From: an uncultured Chitinophagaceae bacterium
GTDB taxonomy: Bacteria > Bacteroidota > Ignavibacteria > UBA10030 > UBA8401
NCBI GenBank assembly: GCA_964371615.1
Contig: CAYJMS010000001.1
Span: forward strand, 624,436 to 688,435
Reading direction: 5' to 3'
Length of the DNA: 64,000 nt
The translations under genes were made by a program, and so were the position numbers. How positions within the stretch are numbered: the first letter of the stretch is position 1; the number at the start of each line of letters is the position of its first letter. Positions 59,577 through 64,000 of this stretch are shown here, piece after piece. The notes below the pieces were generated by a model. That model ran no database searches. It saw only the letters and a program-made list of their open reading frames with translations, and was not told the origin of the DNA.

Positions 59577-60833
59577 TTACTTATCCGCTTCGCCCATCAC
59601 CGGATCGAGGCTGCCGAGTACGGCGACAATGTCGGAGATCATGCCCCCTTCGACCAGATGCGGTGTGGACTGTAAATTCATGAACGAGGGGGAACGGATC
59701 TTCAACCGCCAGGGATGTCCTTCGCCGCGGGATTGGATGTAGAATCCGAGTTCTCCCTTGGATCCTTCGACTGCATGATAGACTTCACCGACAGGGGGAT
59801 TGACGCCGAAATTGATGATCATGAAATCATGGATCAACTCTTCCATCTTTGTATAGACGCGTTCCTTCCGCGGCAGTACTTTTTTCGGAGCATTCGCATG
59901 TACCGGGCCGGCGGGTATTTTTTCCAGGCATTGACGGACAATCTTGATGCTTTCCTTTACTTCGTTGACACGAACATAGTATCGGGACAGGCAGTCTCCG
60001 CTGTGAAATACCGGAATAGTGAAATCGAGTTCATTATAGACAAGATAGGGTTCTTTTCGTCGAATGTCGTGTTCAATGCCTGTGCCGCGGATGTTCGGAC
60101 CGCTCATACCGAGCGCGATTGCTTTTTCTTTTGTAATAACGCCGACTCCCTCCATCCGTTCGATGAAAATCCTGTTCGTGTTCAGCATTTTAATGCTGTT
60201 GTCGAACTTCGACGGCAACTGATCGATAAACTGTTCGATCGCATGGTGCACCTCGGGTGTCATATCGTGCGCCAACCCGCCGACGCGGGTAAAGCTGGTC
60301 GTGAATCGTGCGCCGGTGAGCAGTTCGAAAATATCGTACAGCTTTTCCCGTTCGGTAAACGTCCAGGTGAAGACGGTCAATGCACCGACATCCATTGCCA
60401 ATGCACCGACGGCCAACAAATGGGAAGAGATACGTGCCAGTTCGGAAATGATCGTGCGGATGTATTTCGCGCGTTTCGGCGCTTCGATGCCGACCAATTT
60501 TTCCACCGCAAGGACGTAGGCCGTGTTGTTCATCAACGGCGAGATATAATCCAATCGATCTGTGTGGGGAATGTATTCATGATAGGAGACATTTTCCGCG
60601 AGTTTTTCATATCCGCGATGCAGATATCCGAGCTCGGGCACACATGCCATCACCGTTTCGCCGTCCAATTTAATGAGCAATCGCAGAACGCCGTGCGTGG
60701 CAGGATGCTGCGGTCCCATGTTCAGGATCATCTCGTTGTCCAGCGCATCATTAAAATGAACCGCGGTGTTCTTGTTTTCCAGTGCAGCAAGAATCTTTTG
60801 CTGCCGTAATTCCATCGTTTGTTCTATATTCAT
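59577..60833 (-). CDS. nuoD: NADH-quinone oxidoreductase subunit D (49 kDa).
   Basis: Full-length NuoD/Nqo4 fold (…LNMGPQHPATHGVLRL…, …EAPKG…). Confidence 0.95.
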   Translation of the reverse strand: MNIEQTMELRQQKILAALENKNTAVHFNDALDNEMILNMGPQHPATHGVLRLLIKLDGETVMACVPELGYLHRGYEKLAENVSYHEYIPHTDRLDYISPLMNNTAYVLAVEKLVGIEAPKRAKYIRTIISELARISSHLLAVGALAMDVGALTVFTWTFTEREKLYDIFELLTGARFTTSFTRVGGLAHDMTPEVHHAIEQFIDQLPSKFDNSIKMLNTNRIFIERMEGVGVITKEKAIALGMSGPNIRGTGIEHDIRRKEPYLVYNELDFTIPVFHSGDCLSRYYVRVNEVKESIKIVRQCLEKIPAGPVHANAPKKVLPRKERVYTKMEELIHDFMIINFGVNPPVGEVYHAVEGSKGELGFYIQSRGEGHPWRLKIRSPSFMNLQSTPHLVEGGMISDIVAVLGSLDPVMGEADK

Positions 60834-60850
60834 TGTCTCATCAGGTTTAA

Positions 60851-61360
60851 TTATTTCCTCGGCAGCGGAATCGAATCGGGGATACCCATCAAGGGGAAAT
60901 CTTTGCGAAGCGGATAATATTCGAAATCCTCCGGCATGTACATTCTGCGCAAATCTTTATTTCCGTCGAAATGAATTCCAAACATATCGTACGTCTCTCG
61001 CTCGGGCCATTCTGCCCCTTCCCATACCGGCGTCACAGACGGGCAGTGCAGGTCTGCTTCATCGACAAACACTTTCAGCCGGATGCGGTGGTTTAATGTC
61101 ATCGAATAGAGATTATAAATCACCTCGAAGCGGTTCTCGGGAGTGTAAGCATCCGCACCGCAGAGATCGCTGAGATAGTTGAACAGCGACGATGCATCAT
61201 CACGAAGGAACCGGCAGACAGCAACGATTGCGTCTTTTGCAACATGGACGGTCGTTTCGCCGCGGAATTCTTTTACGTCGAGAACAGCATGTGGAAATTG
61301 TGTTTTCAGTTTTTCAACAATAGTGGTAAGCATAGACAAGTCCCGGAACAGAGTGTGCAA
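60851..61360 (-). CDS. nuoC: NADH-quinone oxidoreductase subunit C (30 kDa).
   Basis: NuoC pattern …ERETYDMFGIHFDGNKDLRRM…. Size is 169 aa. Confidence 0.9.
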   Translation of the reverse strand: MHTLFRDLSMLTTIVEKLKTQFPHAVLDVKEFRGETTVHVAKDAIVAVCRFLRDDASSLFNYLSDLCGADAYTPENRFEVIYNLYSMTLNHRIRLKVFVDEADLHCPSVTPVWEGAEWPERETYDMFGIHFDGNKDLRRMYMPEDFEYYPLRKDFPLMGIPDSIPLPRK

Positions 61361-61380
61361 TGGATTGACACCCGCTCTAT

Positions 61381-61923
61381 TTAATTATTCACACCTTGGA
61401 TTTGAAGGAGATGTTGTTTTTCCGCCCTCTCTTCGGCAACGGTCATCGGAGTGCTTCTGCTTTCTCCCCGCTGAATCTTTTCCTGTATCATTATCAGAGC
61501 ATGCAGTAAATTGTCCGGGCGAGGGGGGCATCCGGCCACATAGACGTCGACCGGAAGGAATTGGTCGATACCCTGAACGACCGAATAGGTACGATACATG
61601 CCGCCGGAGGATGTGCAGGCTCCCATGGCAATGACCCATTTGGGATCGGGCATCTGATCATAGATCTTTCGTACAACGGTTGCCATCTTATATGTTGTCG
61701 TTCCGGCAACAATGAGCAGATCGGATTGGCGCGGAGAGAATCGAAATACTTCCGAGCCGAACCGCGACACGTCGAATTTCGGCATGGCAAACGCCATCAT
61801 TTCAATACCGCAGCAGGAGATGCCCAACGGCATCGGCCAGAGCGAATTTTTTCTGCACCAATTAATTGCCGAATCGATAGTGGTGGTGATGGCCGATTCT
61901 CCAAATGCATGCTCTAATCCCAT
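61381..61923 (-). CDS. nuoB: NADH-quinone oxidoreductase subunit B (20 kDa, PSST).
   Basis: Motifs [11 protein letters not shown], …[10 protein letters not shown]…, and CPPRP. Confidence 0.95.
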   Translation of the reverse strand: MGLEHAFGESAITTTIDSAINWCRKNSLWPMPLGISCCGIEMMAFAMPKFDVSRFGSEVFRFSPRQSDLLIVAGTTTYKMATVVRKIYDQMPDPKWVIAMGACTSSGGMYRTYSVVQGIDQFLPVDVYVAGCPPRPDNLLHALIMIQEKIQRGESRSTPMTVAEERAEKQHLLQIQGVNN

Positions 61924-62267
61924 TGTAGCGCTCCTTTTCTCAAGATGTAGATATACCCAATAAACAAGATGACAATAAACAAGATCATCTCAATAAAGCC
62001 GAATAATCCCAATGCACGGAAATTAACTGCCCAGGGATATAAAAAAATCACTTCAATATCGAACAGGATGAAGAGAACGGCGACCATGTAATACTTCACC
62101 GAGAATCTCTCGCGTGCGGTCCGGACCGGCGGCATGCCGCTTTCATAGGTAGATAGTTTTTCCGGATTCGGCCGCGAGGGACCAAGTAGTTTTTGCAGTG
62201 TCAGGAAGACAATACCAATCAACACACCGACTCCCAACATGACGAGGATAGGAATATAATTTTGCAT
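61914..62267 (-). CDS. nuoA: NADH-quinone oxidoreductase subunit A.
   Basis: Three TM helices and a …[12 protein letters not shown]… motif. Overlaps nuoB by 10 nt. Confidence 0.9.
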   Translation of the reverse strand: MQNYIPILVMLGVGVLIGIVFLTLQKLLGPSRPNPEKLSTYESGMPPVRTARERFSVKYYMVAVLFILFDIEVIFLYPWAVNFRALGLFGFIEMILFIVILFIGYIYILRKGALQWD

Positions 62268-62303
62268 TCGTTTGCCAATAATAGAGAATTGAAGTACTGA
62301 TGA

Positions 62304-62332
62304 AATTTATCTAAAAAATGCCCTAAAGTCAA
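62304..62332 (-). promoter_or_regulatory. Candidate sigma70-type promoter for nuoABCDEF on the - strand (TTGACT-N17-TAAATT).
   Basis: On the - strand: TTGACT (62332-62327), a 17-nt spacer, and TAAATT (62309-62304). It lies about 37 nt upstream of the nuoA ATG. Confidence 0.45.
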
Positions 62333-64000
62333 CGAATTGATAGAGTTACGGTGTGTATTCACCGCAAAAGACAAAATGTATTTCTATGATAAATGTCAGA
62401 ATCGTAAAACTTCAAATAGTGTAGGTGGTGAAGAAAATTCACACTGTTTAATTCTTGTCTTGCCGGAACCGTTGATGATTTATTTCCTGTCGGAATACGA
62501 ACAAATACATAATTTCTGTATTGTGGACCTCTGCGTGCTATCAGTTTCTATAAATTATTCAGTATTTTTGGAACTACGAAGACATACATGGTTGATCCGT
62601 TTCATTCGATTGCACAATAAAACCACTATCAATGGGTGATCTGTCGATAAGTCTCCTCTATACTATTATGGGTATTCGACTAATCTGAAGTTCTAAGGAT
62701 TTCGGCTATACTCCAGTAACGCTTAAGGCAGCGATCGGACGTATTATTCGCTATTCTTGATTAGCTACAACGGAAAACAGGACGAAAAATCAGCATCATC
62801 CGAATAGTTACTCATATTTAAATATTTCGACCCGTTCGGGCATTAACTCCGTCATAACAGCCGTTGATTCCTTTTCCCATATCCCTTTTGATTTCTCTAT
62901 AAAAATAAATAATCCATAGGGCGAAATGAGAATAGACCAATGGTTCCAGCCGGTAATTGAAAAACCGGAATGAGTATGTATTCGGAAGAGTCGTTTCATT
63001 GATAAGGATCATCAAAGGGAAAACAAGTCCTGACAATCAGGTAAAACATCAATCCTCTTAAATCTGATAGCATCATCTTTTTCGGTCAAAAATGGAGTGG
63101 TAATTATTCGTACATCGTTGTCTCTGTCCCGGCTCAGAAAACAAGAGAAATTCCTCCGCTATTTTTATCCGTGACGGCAGTTCGAAAGACTGTGCAACGA
63201 GGGAACAGCGGTGATCGGGTTCGGCATCGAATATCCGTATTATCTAACCGCAGCGGTGTTCTGTTCTCGATGCATTAGATGGACTGCTATGATGTGTTAT
63301 GGACCGGTCTGGTCGGCTAACGTCAACAGTGATGGCGGGCTTCCCGGAGATGTTCTGAAACGCAGATGTATTCCATCAACAATCCATAACACGATATGTC
63401 GGTGAGAACAATCGTTATATATTTTCTACGAAAGGAAATGAAAACACCAAAACGAATGACAGTGATCAATATGTTTGCTCCGGCAACCAATGTATTCGAA
63501 CGGATGTATTGCCGAGCGATCGGCTTTATTTAGAAAGGGATTATCTCCGTCCCGCCGTCCATCGGTAGGAAGAGAATGATAGTTCATATTAGCGCTGACA
63601 TGATCGTTTCGTATTGAAACATCTAAAAAAATCATTACCGCAGGATTGAGTGGTGATGTGGCGGAGTATGCAATTGATTAAGTTGTTTGAAATATCGGCA
63701 ATGAAATTTTTACGTCGGTAAACGAATCGTCATTGATGAACGTCATTATTTTTATTCCATCGTACTCCAAGACCGATTCAGAGGAGTGGACCGCTGCGGT
63801 CTGCGGTAATATTTTATAACGGTTGATGCATCAGATCCCGCCTCCGCGGGAGTGATTTATAACGGTATTATGTGTCAGATATCAAAATCTCTTCAACAAT
63901 CCCTTTTCTTGTCAAGTTAAGTTTTCTCATCATAATGGGGAGACAAAAAGACTTAATTTTTTTCTTGACTTGAGTCTTCTAACCCTCTATATTCGCATAC

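Noticed and set aside
1-64000. Searched for tRNA T-loop signatures (GGTTCGAATCC and variants), CRISPR-like short regular repeats, and transposase or integrase ORFs.
   Set aside because: None were found by eye. No regularly spaced repeats, no IS-like ORFs, and no tRNA-like cloverleaf candidates.

Overview
This 64 kb window is a bacterial chromosomal segment with about 50-52% GC, dense coding, and almost no intergenic space until a roughly 1.7 kb AT-rich ORF-poor tail at the 3' end. Two proteins carry type IX secretion (T9SS) C-terminal sorting domains and one resembles the PorV/PorQ outer-membrane shuttle, so the source is most likely an FCB-group organism (Bacteroidota, Ignavibacteriota or Chlorobiota-like). 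Genes run on the + strand from 10 to 51711 and on the - strand from 51715 to 62267.

Content in order:
- 10-4181: a tandem amidohydrolase block.
- 4469-14867: a T9SS outer-membrane locus (BNR/Asp-box cargo, SusC-like TonB-dependent receptor, 1101-aa CTD protein, PorV/PorQ-like barrel, NHL-repeat protein).
- 14931-17681: cytochrome bd oxidase cydAB and pterin-4a-carbinolamine dehydratase.
- 17695-21638: TPR protein, pyrE, MscS, NUDIX hydrolase, thymidine phosphorylase.
- 21732-28553: an unusual membrane HExxH...NEGLA (peptidase_MA_2-like) plus TPR protein overlapping a GWxTD-like lipoprotein, then an LPS heptosyltransferase and a RecD2 helicase.
- 28888-30764: HIT-family protein and M28 peptidase.
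- 30795-36205: a terminator-bounded MarR-controlled quinone/catechol detox island (YceI, FMN reductase, VOC dioxygenase, esterase, pirin-like, muconolactone-isomerase-like, YgiD extradiol dioxygenase).
- 36248-40920: PAS histidine kinase, sigma54 enhancer-binding response regulator and GTP-PEPCK.
- 41066-44118: a well-formed sigma54 -24/-12 promoter driving a tonB-family / CoA-transferase / small coiled-coil / UspA operon.
- 44239-51711: yggS, divIVA, purine-nucleoside phosphorylase, ileS, a lysine-rich DksA/TraR regulator, lspA, rluD.
- 51715-57666 (- strand): mreC, mreB, purH, purN, ldcA, an outer-membrane protein.
- 57684-62332 (- strand): nuoABCDEF as a separate terminator-bounded unit with its own -35/-10 promoter.

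I found no tRNA, rRNA, CRISPR array, transposase or integrase.
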